A stretch of 64,000 nucleotides of DNA from an uncultured Candidatus Binatia bacterium (GTDB lineage: Bacteria; Desulfobacterota; Binatia; UBA9968; JAJDTQ01), in assembly GCA_964291295.2 (NCBI GenBank), contig OZ219754.1, positions 2,208,001 to 2,272,000 on the forward strand, given 5' to 3'. Below the pieces are notes generated by a model, which did no database searches, was not told where the DNA came from, and saw only the letters and a program-made list of their open reading frames with translations. The stretch's first letter is position 1. Every line of letters starts with the position of its first letter. Below are positions 1-10,100 of this stretch, piece after piece. Both the position numbers and the translations under genes were made by a program.

Positions 1-896
1 TAGGCGCGGTCACGCCCGAGGCGGTCCGAGACGAATCCCCAGATGGCCGTGCTCGGAATCCGCGCCACCCCCACCAGGCTGAAGACGTTGGCGGCCAGCT
101 GCTTCGACAGTCCCGCGTGGACCAGATGAGCCACCGCGTGGGTGTACATGAGCGCCAGGCCGGTGCCGATTCCCAAGTGGCCCACGGCGATGGCCCAGAA
201 CGGAAACGAGGAGAGCGCCTGCGCGAGCGTCCATTCCCGCTTGGGCACCAGGCTCTCCGGCGGCCCCGCCGGCGTGTCCCCGGCCGCCGCCGAGTCGCCG
301 TCCGGAAGTTGCCCGATGTCCTCGGGGCGGGGTCTCTGGAACAGGGCGTTCACCGGCACGATGGTGGCCAGCACGGCGACTCCCAGCAGCAGCATGGCCG
401 CGCGCCAGCCGTGGCGGGTGATCACCGCCTGCATCACCGGGACAAGCAGGGTGCCGAAGCCCAGTCCCATGGTGGCCACGCCGATGGCCGCGCCGCGCCT
501 GCGCCGGAACCAGTGGGAGAGCAGGGCCGTATTGCTGACAAAGCCGATGCAGCCGATGCCGAGGCCCACCAGCAGGCCATAGCCGACATGGAAGTGCCAC
601 AGGGTCCGGCTGGCGCTCGACACCAGCAGGCCGACGCCGATGAGAACGCCGCCGACGGGCATGAGGATACGCGGCCCGAGACGGTCGTAGGCCCAGCCCA
701 CCAGCGGCGACGAAAAGCTGTAGATGACGCCATTCACCGAAGCGATGGCGCCCGTGGAGGCCCGGGACCACCGGAACGCCTCCACCAGCGCGATGTTGAA
801 GACGCTGAAGGAGGCCAGGATCCCCCGCATCAGCACCATGTTGAACAGGCAGATGGCGACGATGACGTAGCCGTAGAAGAGGGGGCGCCGCGCCAT
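1..896 (-). CDS. MFS transporter (3' end runs off the window)
   Basis: Own translation from ATG at 896: MARRPLFYGYVIVAICLFNMVLMRG...; MFS motif A-like GWAYDRLGPR and GFVSDRLGR; many hydrophobic helices; absent from the ORF track because there is no stop in the window. Confidence 0.88.
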   Translation of the reverse strand, partial: MARRPLFYGYVIVAICLFNMVLMRGILASFSVFNIALVEAFRWSRASTGAIASVNGVIYSFSSPLVGWAYDRLGPRILMPVGGVLIGVGLLVSSASRTLWHFHVGYGLLVGLGIGCIGFVSNTALLSHWFRRRRGAAIGVATMGLGFGTLLVPVMQAVITRHGWRAAMLLLGVAVLATIVPVNALFQRPRPEDIGQLPDGDSAAAGDTPAGPPESLVPKREWTLAQALSSFPFWAIAVGHLGIGTGLALMYTHAVAHLVHAGLSKQLAANVFSLVGVARIPSTAIWGFVSDRLGRDRA

Positions 897-901
897 GGGA
901 C

Positions 902-1843
902 TCAGGACCGCGTCCGGATATGCGGCAGCGCCTCCTCGGCGAACCGCTGCATCTGCTCCAGACGGTCGGGCCAGCGCGGCACCATGAACTGGAGCGCCAG
1001 GTGCTCCACCCCCGCCAAACGGTAGCGGCCGATGGCTTCCACGAGCTGGTCGGGAGTTCCCGCCAGCCGGTCCGGCTCCTGCGCCACCGGCTCCCGGGTT
1101 ACCTCGACGGGAAGGCAGCAGTGGAGCCGCAGGCTCTCCGGTGAACGTCCGGCTTCTTCGGCACAGCGCCGGGCGTGGTCGAAGCGCGCGGCCAGCGCAT
1201 CGGGCCGGATGCGCACGAAATAAGGGAACCACGCGTCGCCGTAGCGTCCCGCACGCCGCCGGGCCCGGCGTCCCTCGCCGCCGATCCAGACGGGGATGCC
1301 CCGGGGGCCCTGGGGCTTGGGCAGGAAGGCGATGTCCCGGAACTCGTGGAACTCGCCGGAAAAGCTCGCATGATCCGTGCTCCAGATCTCCTTCAGGACT
1401 TCGAGTTGCTCGTCGGTGCGGCGGCCCCGCTCCTCGAACGGCACCTGCAGCGCCGTGAACTCCTCTTCCATCCATCCCGCCCCGACGCCCAGGATGAACC
1501 GGCCGCCGGAAAGGTGGTCCAGGGTAACGGCGATCTTGGCCCAGACCAGGGGTTGGCGGTAGGGCAGCACCAGAACGCTGATGCCCAGCTCCACGCGGCT
1601 GGTGCAGGCGGCAAGAAAGGTGAGGCAGGTCAGGGAATCGAGGAACGGGCGGTCCGGCGGTACGATGAAGGCCCCGTCCCCGCCGTAGGGATAGGGCGTG
1701 TCGATGCGCCAGGGGATGATGATCCGGTCCGCCGCCCAGATGGAGTCGAAGCCCCAGGCTTCGGCGCTCCGGGCCGCCTGGCGCAAGGTCTCGGGACCGG
1801 CGGCGCGCCCTGAAATGGGCAGGAAAACTCCGATTTTCGTGAT
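902..1843 (-). CDS. LLM-class (luciferase-like), probably F420-dependent oxidoreductase
   Basis: GFDSIWAADRII, LDHLSGGRFILGVGAGWMEEEF, PVWIGG motifs; N-terminal strand KIGVFLP lies upstream of the TTG at 1786, so the start is uncertain (ATC at 1843 follows GGAG). Confidence 0.85.
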   Translation of the reverse strand: MTKIGVFLPISGRAAGPETLRQAARSAEAWGFDSIWAADRIIIPWRIDTPYPYGGDGAFIVPPDRPFLDSLTCLTFLAACTSRVELGISVLVLPYRQPLVWAKIAVTLDHLSGGRFILGVGAGWMEEEFTALQVPFEERGRRTDEQLEVLKEIWSTDHASFSGEFHEFRDIAFLPKPQGPRGIPVWIGGEGRRARRRAGRYGDAWFPYFVRIRPDALAARFDHARRCAEEAGRSPESLRLHCCLPVEVTREPVAQEPDRLAGTPDQLVEAIGRYRLAGVEHLALQFMVPRWPDRLEQMQRFAEEALPHIRTRS

Positions 1844-2334
1844 GTGGCTCCGTTCGAAGGGGATCGGTCCGTCCGTGACACGGATAGCCGAACGCGGCCG
1901 GCAGTGTCAAACCGCGTCCGTCCAGGACGGTCGCGCGCAGTGCGCGCACGGCGGCGGTTTCGTTGTTCGCATCGTTGAACGCGAGATTTGCGAGCGGGGC
2001 TGCGTGGTCCACGCGGCTTCCTGGTGCGATGGGCGCCGCGAATGCGCTTCCCGTCCACCGCGATGGTGCGGCCAACGTTCACTCTGGACACTTCGGGTTG
2101 ACTGTTCCGGCTTGACTGTTCTCCACGATTGGATTATGAGTCCGGAAAAATTCACCTGCGTCTCGCTGGACGGATCAGAATCGCGACTCGGAGCCGGCGG
2201 GATTGCAACGAGGCAGGGTCGCGTGGTCCATGCTGTGATCCCTACATTCTCAACGCGCATGCAGTGCCCTCCGGCCGGAGCCCCCGGCCAGTTCCTGTGC
2301 TTCGGTCCGTGCCCCTCCCGGCACCCTTTCACAT

Positions 2335-2348
2335 CCCCCCCCCCCCCC
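2335..2348 (+). repeat. C14 homopolymer upstream of lipoprotein gene
   Basis: 14 consecutive C, about 305 nt upstream of ATG 2653. Confidence 0.8.
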
Positions 2349-2652
2349 GACACACACAAGGGGGGCAAACCTGCAGACGCGGGCCACACGCCGGCCTGAG
2401 CATCTCGCCACCCCATAAACCTCCTCCCGTTTCAACTTCGTTTTCCTCCACTACTGCTTCGTTCTTCCCTGTTACCGCTTCGCTCCCATCCGCTCTGCGG
2501 CACCCTCCGTGCGGGGCGCCGCCATGGCTCGGACGGCCAATCTCCCTTCATCCGCCATAATTCCTCGTCGTCCATCAGGCACCCGTATCTGGACTGTCCC
2601 GGAACCTCCTGTACTCTCCTTCCGGGACCATCACCTGAAGGAGCTTTTTGTC

Positions 2653-3717
2653 ATGACTCGTACATTCACAATCCCTCGCAAGCTAGTCGTTGCCTGCTCC
2701 ATCCTGGCCCTCTCCACCGCCCTCTACGGCTGCTCGTCCAGTAGTGGTGGCGATGGCCTTGACGACGACGACGATGAACTCGTGACCGTAGACCTGCTGC
2801 CCTTTGCCACCCATACCGGCCCCCGGGCGGACGGCCTGGTCAAGGCGATGGTCACCGCGACGCCGGACAACGTCATAGCCGTCACGACCAACTCCGAAGA
2901 CAGCGATTCGGCCACCAAAGTCCATATCGTGCAAATCGATGCGAACGAGCAAGGCATACCGACCATCGACGCCGGCAACCGTCCGGTTGCCCAGCAACTC
3001 AAGGATGTCGGGGAAGCGCCGGCGGCCAGCGGCTTGACCGGACGTGTGTTCAGGCGCCCACTACCGCAGGGCGGAACGCAGGAGCTCGTTGTGTACACGG
3101 ATCGGAAGGCAACTCCCAGCGGAGGCCAGGCCGACGACACTTACTCCGTGCTGGGCTGGTGGACGAACGAGCCTCAGGCTGTTGACGGCACCTGGTACAC
3201 GAGCCCATTCTTTGTCTTTGGGGACGCTTACGTGGATGAAGGCTTGAGTGAGGTAACCGGAACCGCCACTTATGCCGGCCACGCAGTCGGGCGGTTCGGT
3301 TTGCGCCCCGTCAGCGAAACAGGAATTTCGATACGGTCAGGGCCATTTACTGCCACGGCAAACCTGACGGCGAACTTCGATACCGGAGAGCTTGGAGGTT
3401 CCATCACCAACTTCCGAGACCAGGAGGGATCTGCCATCCCAGGATGGATGTTGAGACTGAATCCGATGAACCTCGAAGAAGGCTGGCCATACAGAGGTGA
3501 TATCAGTGGTACCGGTCCTGCTGCTGGTGTTAGCTGGAGGGGCATCTGGTCAGCCTTGTTCACCGACGGAGTCACCACCAGTCCTTTCGTACCCAGTGGC
3601 CATCAACCCGAGCTGTTGATGGGCTTTCTCAATGCCCGATACGGTAAGAGAGAAGTCACCGACTCTACCTACGTAGTTCTCATCGGCGCGTATACAGCCG
3701 AAAGGCAGACACGGTAG
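2653..3717 (+). CDS. Surface lipoprotein with TbpB/transferrin-binding-like C-terminal beta-barrel
   Basis: GAAGGAG RBS; signal peptide with lipobox LYGC followed by SSSSGG and an acidic linker; C-terminal GTATYAGHAVG...FTATANLTANF...GGSITNF...GAYTAERQ pattern. Confidence 0.75.
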   Translation: MTRTFTIPRKLVVACSILALSTALYGCSSSSGGDGLDDDDDELVTVDLLPFATHTGPRADGLVKAMVTATPDNVIAVTTNSEDSDSATKVHIVQIDANEQGIPTIDAGNRPVAQQLKDVGEAPAASGLTGRVFRRPLPQGGTQELVVYTDRKATPSGGQADDTYSVLGWWTNEPQAVDGTWYTSPFFVFGDAYVDEGLSEVTGTATYAGHAVGRFGLRPVSETGISIRSGPFTATANLTANFDTGELGGSITNFRDQEGSAIPGWMLRLNPMNLEEGWPYRGDISGTGPAAGVSWRGIWSALFTDGVTTSPFVPSGHQPELLMGFLNARYGKREVTDSTYVVLIGAYTAERQTR

Positions 3718-3772
3718 AAACCCCGCCCGCCGTGTGTGGAGCTTCCAGGCTCTTCCCGCGGTCGCCGGGCAA

Positions 3773-3805
3773 CGAAGCCTCCCCGCCCGGCCGGGGAGGC
3801 CTTCG
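3773..3805 (+). terminator. GC-rich stem-loop downstream of lipoprotein gene
   Basis: GCCTCCCCG-cccggc-CGGGGAGGC, extendable by CGAA/TTCG; no strong U-tail. Confidence 0.4.
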
Positions 3806-4057
3806 CCCGGGCGGTAGCGGGCGCCGAGCCGCAGGTTCCGCCCGACCGACTCCGCCCTGCTGAGCCCGGCAGACGACGTGAGCACCGCCATGGGCCAGGG
3901 CCGCGTCGTTCTGGCGTCCGGTTGACCTGGACCATGCAAAGGGGCTATGGCCTGCTACATCGTGCGCAGGCGCGGATGGGTGCGGAGGCGGTTGGCGGCG
4001 CGGTCCGTCCTGCCAAGGCACGCGAACACCAGGACATACCGAGGGGAGAGCACCACC

Positions 4058-5827
4058 ATGGCGAAGGACGGCAGGGCGGAGAAGAAGCGGGCGGAGTACG
4101 GCTCGGACGTGGTCGTCGACATGCTCAAGGCTTTCGACATCGAGTATACGGCGTTCAATCCCGGAGCGAGCTTCCGCGGCATCCACGACTCCATCGTGAA
4201 CTACGGCGGCAACCACCATCCGGAGGTGATCTTCTGTTGCCACGAAGAGATCTCGGTGGCCATCTCCCACGGCTACGCCAAGGCCACGGGCAAGCCCATG
4301 GTGGCGATCCTGCACGACGTGGTGGGCCTTCAGCACGGCAGCATGGGGATCTTCAACGCCTGGTGCGACCGGGTTCCGGTGATCTGCCTGGGCGGCACCG
4401 GCCCGGTGGACACGACCATCCGCCGCCCCTGGATCGACTGGATCCACACCGCCCTGACCCAGGGCAACCAGGTGCGGGACTACACCAAGTGGGACGACCA
4501 GCCGGCCACGCTGGAGAGCGTTCCGGAGTCCTTCATTCGCGGTTACCGGCTGGCCGTGACCGAACCCACGGCGCCGGTCTACATCAACTACGACGCCGGC
4601 CTGCAGGAGATGGCGGTGGCGAAGCAGGTGGAGATACCCGACGTGAGCCGGTTCGCGCCCCAGGCCCCGGTGCAGGGAAATCCGGATGCCATGCGCCAGG
4701 CCGCGGAGTTGCTGGTGGGCGCCAGGGCGCCGCTCATCATCGCGGACTTCATGGGACGCAAGCCCGCGGCGGTGGCGGCGCTGGCCGAACTGGCGGAGCT
4801 GCTGGCCATCCCGGTCATCGACAAGGGCAACCGCCACAACATCGCCAACACCCATCCGCTGGATGTCACCAACGTCGCCGGCGAGTTCCTGAAGAAGGCC
4901 GACGTGGTGCTGGCGCTGGATGTCCAGGACCTCTACGGCTCGCTGACCCATGTGGACCGCACCACCCGGGAGATGGGCTATGTCATCCAGCCCGGCGCCC
5001 GGATCATCCATATCAACCTGAACGACATGCTGGTCCACAGCTGGGCCACGGACGTCCAGCCGCTGCAGCCCGTGGACGTTCCCATCAGCGCCGATACGGC
5101 CATCGCCCTGCCCGAACTCACCCGCCTGTGCCGCGAGCGGATGGGCCCCGACAGGTCGGCTGTGGAGGCCCGGGCCAGGGAGGTGAAGGCGGTGCACGAC
5201 GCCGCCCGCGCCCGCTGGCAGGAGGAGGCGCGGCAGACCCTCACCCGGAACGACATCTCCACCGCCTGTCTGGCCTATACGCTGGGCGAGGCGGTCAAGC
5301 GGGAGAACTGGGTGCTGGCCAACGGCAGCGCCAACGGCTGGGCGCGCAAGCTGTGGGACTGGACCCGGCCGGGCCAGTATCTGGGGCGCAGCGGCGGCGC
5401 CGGCGTGGGCTACGGCATGAGCGCGGCCATCGGGGTGGCGCTGGGCCACATGGGAACGGACAAGTTCTGCGTTGACATCCAGTCCGACGGCGACCTGCTG
5501 ATGACTTCCAGCGCCCTGTGGACCGCGGCCCACCACAGGATTCCGCTGCTCATCGTCATCCACAACAATCAGTCCTTCTACAACTCGGAAGAGCACGGCA
5601 TCAAGCTGGCGGAGTTTCGCAACCGCCCGGTGGAGAACGCCGGCATCGGCACCCACGTGAGCGATCCTCTGGTGGACTACGCCAAGATGGCCGAGTGCTT
5701 CGGCGTGTGGGGCGAGGGCCCCATCACCCGGCCGTCGGACCTGGGACCGGCGCTGGAACGGGCCTGCAAGGTGGTCAGGGAACAGCGCCTTCCCGCCTTG
5801 GTGGACGTGGTCTCGGAGCCGCGCTGA
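4058..5827 (+). CDS. Thiamine pyrophosphate-dependent enzyme (acetolactate synthase/benzoylformate decarboxylase-like)
   Basis: FNPGASFRGIHDS, CHEE catalytic Glu, C-terminal SDGD...HNN TPP-binding motif; GGAGAG RBS. Confidence 0.92.
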   Translation: MAKDGRAEKKRAEYGSDVVVDMLKAFDIEYTAFNPGASFRGIHDSIVNYGGNHHPEVIFCCHEEISVAISHGYAKATGKPMVAILHDVVGLQHGSMGIFNAWCDRVPVICLGGTGPVDTTIRRPWIDWIHTALTQGNQVRDYTKWDDQPATLESVPESFIRGYRLAVTEPTAPVYINYDAGLQEMAVAKQVEIPDVSRFAPQAPVQGNPDAMRQAAELLVGARAPLIIADFMGRKPAAVAALAELAELLAIPVIDKGNRHNIANTHPLDVTNVAGEFLKKADVVLALDVQDLYGSLTHVDRTTREMGYVIQPGARIIHINLNDMLVHSWATDVQPLQPVDVPISADTAIALPELTRLCRERMGPDRSAVEARAREVKAVHDAARARWQEEARQTLTRNDISTACLAYTLGEAVKRENWVLANGSANGWARKLWDWTRPGQYLGRSGGAGVGYGMSAAIGVALGHMGTDKFCVDIQSDGDLLMTSSALWTAAHHRIPLLIVIHNNQSFYNSEEHGIKLAEFRNRPVENAGIGTHVSDPLVDYAKMAECFGVWGEGPITRPSDLGPALERACKVVREQRLPALVDVVSEPR

Positions 5828-5949
5828 CGAACCCCGCGCGGGCCGCGCCGGTGCCGCGGTCCCGTTTCCGGGGCGGACAGGGGCGAGTGCGCGGTGCCGA
5901 GTCGGACTCGGGGCCGGACACGGACCTGGAAGGTCGCGCGGGAGCCCCG

Positions 5950-6050
5950 GGGAAGGTCTGACCAAGGTGATGGCGCGGCATTGAGCCGCACGCACCCTGT
6001 TGATCTTGTTGGTCCAGCCCCGGCGCACTCGGGGTTGTTCAGACCCTCAC
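5950..6050. mobile_element. IS5-type MITE, degenerate copy
   Basis: Starts GGGAAGGTCTGACC, ends TTGTTCAGACCCTCAC; internal sequence aligns with 33899-33986. Confidence 0.65.
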
Positions 6051-6239
6051 TGGCGGATTTTCGAGAGGTTTCCGGGGTTGGCGCCGGAGTCGCGCCGGGC
6101 GGGAGCCGGTCAGGGCGATTCGGAAGCGATCTTCGGAACGGCGGCAGTCCTGGGGACGGAAGCGGTTTTCGGAAGCCGTCGCGGACGCTTCACCAGGCAT
6201 GGCCTGGGTTCGACTCCGACCGCACCTCCCCGCCCCCTT

Positions 6240-8264
6240 TTACTGGAAGGCCCGGACGTAGGCCCGCTGCAGCCGTTCCACCCGGCTCGTGTAGAGCAGG
6301 CCGATGCGTGCGAACGCCTCCAGCGCGGCACCGTCCCCCTGGTCCATGGGGAAGTGGACGACCTTGCGGAATCGCTTGACTTCCTTCTGGGACGCCTCGG
6401 TCAGGTGCTCCACCGCCTGCTGCAGTTCCTCGCGCCCTTTCAGCACCTTGTTGAGGATGGGAAGCACCAGCACGTCGGCCTTGTCCTGAATGCGTGACAG
6501 GGCGGCGCTGGCCACCGGTACGACGTCGATGCCCAGGTCGGACAGGAAGTGGCTCAGACGCTGGCCCACCTGGTCCTTCAGGAACGCCTCGGGCATGGCC
6601 ACGGCGTGGCGCAGCCGCCGCCCCATCCAGCGCCAGCGGGTGGCGCCGGGGTAGACCTCGCGCCGCAGCTTCCTCAGATATTCCTTGCTCAACTCGCCCC
6701 AGCTCCGGGCCGCATCGGTGGTCTCCACGAAAGGTTCGGCAGCCACGGTCTCCGGGTCGCCGTGGGTGTGGTTGACATAGTCGTGGAAGTGCTTCTCGGA
6801 GATCATGTAGCTGATGGCGTAATCCAGCTTCTCGAAGTTGGGGCGGGGCCACATGACCTGGCGCAGGGTCCTGAGGAAGAACCGGCGCCGGGCGCGGTCG
6901 GTGGTGAAGATGTAGTACCGGACCGTTTTGGCCAGGATGCCGAGGATTTCGCGGCTCACGTGGCCGCGGCCCCGGCGGGTGTATTCGGGGCGGAACGCCG
7001 ACACCCCGGTGGCCAGCCGGGCGCCGTAGTTTTCGTACTTGTAGAGGCTCCGGATCAGCCAGTTGTAGCCTTGTTGCATCTCCTCGATGGACATCCGCTT
7101 GGGAACGAAGTTCAGGTCCGCCGAGCCGTGCCCCATCATCTGCGCGGAGTCGTAGGGAATCAGCCGGCCTTCCCTTTCCATGCGCTCGTAGAGGGGCGTC
7201 TTCTCGATGGCCGTCAGCACGCCGCTGGTGGTGAAGGCGATACCGGCCTCCTGCAGAAACTCGAACTGTTCCCGGAAGATGTCCTTGTCGTCGTTGTCGA
7301 AGCCGACGATCATGCCCGCCAGGATCGCCATGTTGTGGGACTGGATCCTGCGGATGCTCTCCATCAGCGGGCGATGGGTATTCTGCCGCTTCTGCGTCTC
7401 GGTGAGGCTGGCCACCCGGGGCGACTCGATGCCCAGGAACATGCTGGTGAAGTTGGCGTCGTGCAGCAACTGGAGCAGCCTGGGCTTCTCCGCCACGTTG
7501 ATGGTCATCTCCCCGGAGAAGTTGATGGGATAGTTCCGGGCGCGGCCGAAGTCCGCCACCGCGGTGAGCAGCTCTTCGGCATAGCGCATGTTGCCGATGA
7601 GGTTGGCGTCGGAGAAGCTGATGTGGATTCCGCCCACGGACTCCACCGCCTTGATCTCGCTGATGACGTGGTCCACGCTCTTGGTCCGCGGCACCCGTCC
7701 GTCGGTGATGATGATGTCGCAGAACTCGCACTTGAAGGGGCAGCCCCGGGTGGTCTGCAGGAAGTAGTACAGGTAGTCGTCCCGGGACGCCAGATCCACC
7801 CGCGGCACCGGCGACAGCGTGATGTCGACGTTGCCCTCCTGCTTGTAGAGGGCCTGATGACGGCCCGTCCGGAGGTCGTCGCAGAACTGCGGCCAGGTGA
7901 TCTCCACCTCGCCGTTGAAGACCACGTCGAACAGTCCGTCGGTGAAGCGCTCGGGACACAGGGAGGGATAGGGGCCTCCTGTCACCACCATCTTGCCCCG
8001 CTTTCGGAACGCCTGGGCGATATGCCGCGCCCGTTCGTACTGGATGTTCCAGCAGGCGATGGCGACCACGTCGGCATCGGTGTCGAATTGCAGCGGCCGG
8101 ACGTTCTCGTCCTGAAGTGCGACATCGAAGTCCGGCGGCGTCAGGGCCGCCACCGTCAGGAGCCCCAGCGGCGTCTGCGCGCAACGCTGCGGCAGGATGT
8201 CGGTAATGCCGGTCAGGCGCCACAGCGAGTTCGGAAAGCGCGGATTGACGAACAGGATCTTCAT
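6240..8264 (-). CDS. Cobalamin-binding radical SAM protein (DUF4070-type) with extra C-terminal domain
   Basis: N-terminal MKILFVNP...PLGLLTVAALTP B12-binding domain; TRGCPFKCEFC CxxxCxxC; FLGIES, GMIVGFDND. Confidence 0.92.
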   Translation of the reverse strand: MKILFVNPRFPNSLWRLTGITDILPQRCAQTPLGLLTVAALTPPDFDVALQDENVRPLQFDTDADVVAIACWNIQYERARHIAQAFRKRGKMVVTGGPYPSLCPERFTDGLFDVVFNGEVEITWPQFCDDLRTGRHQALYKQEGNVDITLSPVPRVDLASRDDYLYYFLQTTRGCPFKCEFCDIIITDGRVPRTKSVDHVISEIKAVESVGGIHISFSDANLIGNMRYAEELLTAVADFGRARNYPINFSGEMTINVAEKPRLLQLLHDANFTSMFLGIESPRVASLTETQKRQNTHRPLMESIRRIQSHNMAILAGMIVGFDNDDKDIFREQFEFLQEAGIAFTTSGVLTAIEKTPLYERMEREGRLIPYDSAQMMGHGSADLNFVPKRMSIEEMQQGYNWLIRSLYKYENYGARLATGVSAFRPEYTRRGRGHVSREILGILAKTVRYYIFTTDRARRRFFLRTLRQVMWPRPNFEKLDYAISYMISEKHFHDYVNHTHGDPETVAAEPFVETTDAARSWGELSKEYLRKLRREVYPGATRWRWMGRRLRHAVAMPEAFLKDQVGQRLSHFLSDLGIDVVPVASAALSRIQDKADVLVLPILNKVLKGREELQQAVEHLTEASQKEVKRFRKVVHFPMDQGDGAALEAFARIGLLYTSRVERLQRAYVRAFQ

Positions 8265-8421
8265 GGTGTGAGACTCCTCATCGGGTCGATGTCCCTGATG
8301 TGCTCCGTGTTTCCTCTTTGTCCCGGGATGGATTGGTGATAATCTGCGCCGAGAAAGGCCGCCCGTGCCGTCAGCAGACGCACCAACGCCACGTTAACAG
8401 CCGTCCGGCGGCGGTGTCAAG

Positions 8422-8491
8422 ATGATTATCCCGAATTGACTCTTCCGCATTGACTTTTCCGAACGGACTTTCCCGAACCGAGTCTCCCGAA
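8422..8491. repeat. Five imperfect 14-bp tandem repeats in the divergent radical SAM/ftsE intergenic region
   Basis: ATGATTATCCCGAA, TTGACTCTTCCGCA, TTGACTTTTCCGAA, CGGACTTTCCCGAA, CCGAGTCTCCCGAA. Confidence 0.6.
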
Positions 8492-8515
8492 TCTCGCGGA
8501 ACGCCGTCGATGTCC

Positions 8516-9202
8516 ATGATCCAGCTCCACAAGGTCTCCAGGGTGTACCCGCCGGATCATGCCGGGGTCAGGGAGATCACGTTCCAGGTGGAGCCGGGAG
8601 AGTTCCTGTTCCTGTGCGGGCCCAGCGGGGCCGGCAAGACCACGTTGTTGCGGCTTCTCTTCCGGGCGGAGCAGCCCACCGACGGCCAGGTCGTCGTGAG
8701 CGGGCGCAATATCTCGCGCCTGGCGGGCCGACCCCTGGCGGCGTTCCGGCGCAGCCTGGGCCTGGTCTTCCAGGACTTCAAGCTGATCCCGCACATGACC
8801 GCGCTGGAGAACGTCGCGCTGGCCGCGGACGTCACCGGCGTCCCTTGGCGCGCGAGCCGGCGAAAGGCCTTCCGGCTGTTGGCCGAGCTCGGGCTGCGGG
8901 AGAAATACGCCGTGCCGGCGCCGGCCCTGTCCGGCGGGGAACAGCAACGGGTGGCCATCGCCCGAGCCCTCGTCAACGATCCGGAGTTGGTGTTGGCGGA
9001 CGAGCCCACCGGCAACCTGGATCCGGAAATGGCCGAGGAGACCATGCGCCTGTTCGCGCGGATCCACCGGCAGGGCGCCACGGTGCTCGTGGCCACCCAC
9101 GATCACCGCTTCCCGCGGCGTTTTGGCGGGCGCGTCCTGATGATGCGCCAGGGGCGTCTGGCCGGCGTGGACGAACCGGCGCGGGCGGCTCCGGCGCCAT
9201 GA
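8516..9202 (+). CDS. ftsE: Cell division ABC ATPase FtsE
   Basis: GPSGAGKTT Walker [38 protein letters not shown]; upstream of an FtsX-like gene. Confidence 0.92.
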   Translation: MIQLHKVSRVYPPDHAGVREITFQVEPGEFLFLCGPSGAGKTTLLRLLFRAEQPTDGQVVVSGRNISRLAGRPLAAFRRSLGLVFQDFKLIPHMTALENVALAADVTGVPWRASRRKAFRLLAELGLREKYAVPAPALSGGEQQRVAIARALVNDPELVLADEPTGNLDPEMAEETMRLFARIHRQGATVLVATHDHRFPRRFGGRVLMMRQGRLAGVDEPARAAPAP

Positions 9203-10100
9203 GATGGGCCGGCGTCCTGTTCGTGGCGGGCCGGGTCGCCAGGAGCCTGCGGCAGCTCTTCTGGACCCACCTGCTGACCGCCGGAATCGTGGCCATGACG
9301 CTGTCGGTGTTCGGCGGCTTCCTGATCTTGCAGGGGAACATCGGCCGGCTGGTGAAGGGCTGGATCGACGAGGTTCAGGTGTTGCCTATCTGAAGGACAG
9401 CGTCGACCCGGCGGCTGCGAACGTCATGCGGGCCAGGGTGGCGGCCTTTCCCGAAGTGGAGGCCGTGAGCTACGTTTCCAGGAAGCAGGCCTGGAATGCC
9501 TTCCGGAAGACCTTGGGGTCCCAGGCCGGGATTCTGGAAGGCCTGAATCCCGGCGTGCTTCCCGCCTCCCTGGACATCGAGTTGCGGCCCGCCTACGGGT
9601 CGCGCGACGCGGTGGTGCGCCGGGTTGCGGCCCTCGACGGTGTCCAGGACGTGGAGTATCCTGAAACCTGGCTCGACAAGGTGCGGCTCCTGATGGCCGG
9701 AATCGAATGGCTGAAATGGGCCCTCGGGGGTTTTCTCTTTCTGGTGGCCTTCCTGATCGTGGGAAGCGCCATCAAGCTCTCCGCCGCGGCCCGGCAGGAC
9801 GAGATCGAGATCATGCAACTGGTGGGGGCGTCGGATGGGTTGATCAAGGCCCCTTTCGTCATCGAGGGCATGATCCAGGGGCTGGTGGGGGCGGCCCTGG
9901 CGGTGGCGCTGCTCCAGGCGTCATTCTCGCTCCTCGCCGCGGACCTGCTGGCTCCGTTCGGGTCTCTCGTGGGCACCGGGGATCTGGTCTTCCTCGACGC
10001 CTGGCAGTGCGCGCTGTTGTTCCTGACGGGATGGCTGCCGGGAGTCGCCGGCAGCATGCTGTCGGTGAAAAGACTCCTGACCTGGCGCCATGCATGCCTT
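9199..10100 (+). CDS. ftsX: Cell division permease FtsX, frameshifted near 9380; 3' end approximate
   Basis: N-terminal TM (9199 frame) stops at 9393; the rest (VAYLKD...EIEIMQLVGASDGLIKAPFVIEG) continues in the -1 frame; no stop at the expected end. Confidence 0.8.

Noticed and set aside
1850-2650. Cobalamin or TPP riboswitch in the long intergenic region (also checked upstream of the TPP enzymes and radical SAM gene)
   Set aside because: No B12-box or TPP-riboswitch core motifs recognised by eye; an Infernal scan would be needed to exclude them fully
4058-5827. ilvB (biosynthetic acetolactate synthase) symbol for the TPP enzymes
   Set aside because: Divergent motifs (SDGD/PDGD), three paralogs, and no ilvN/ilvC context
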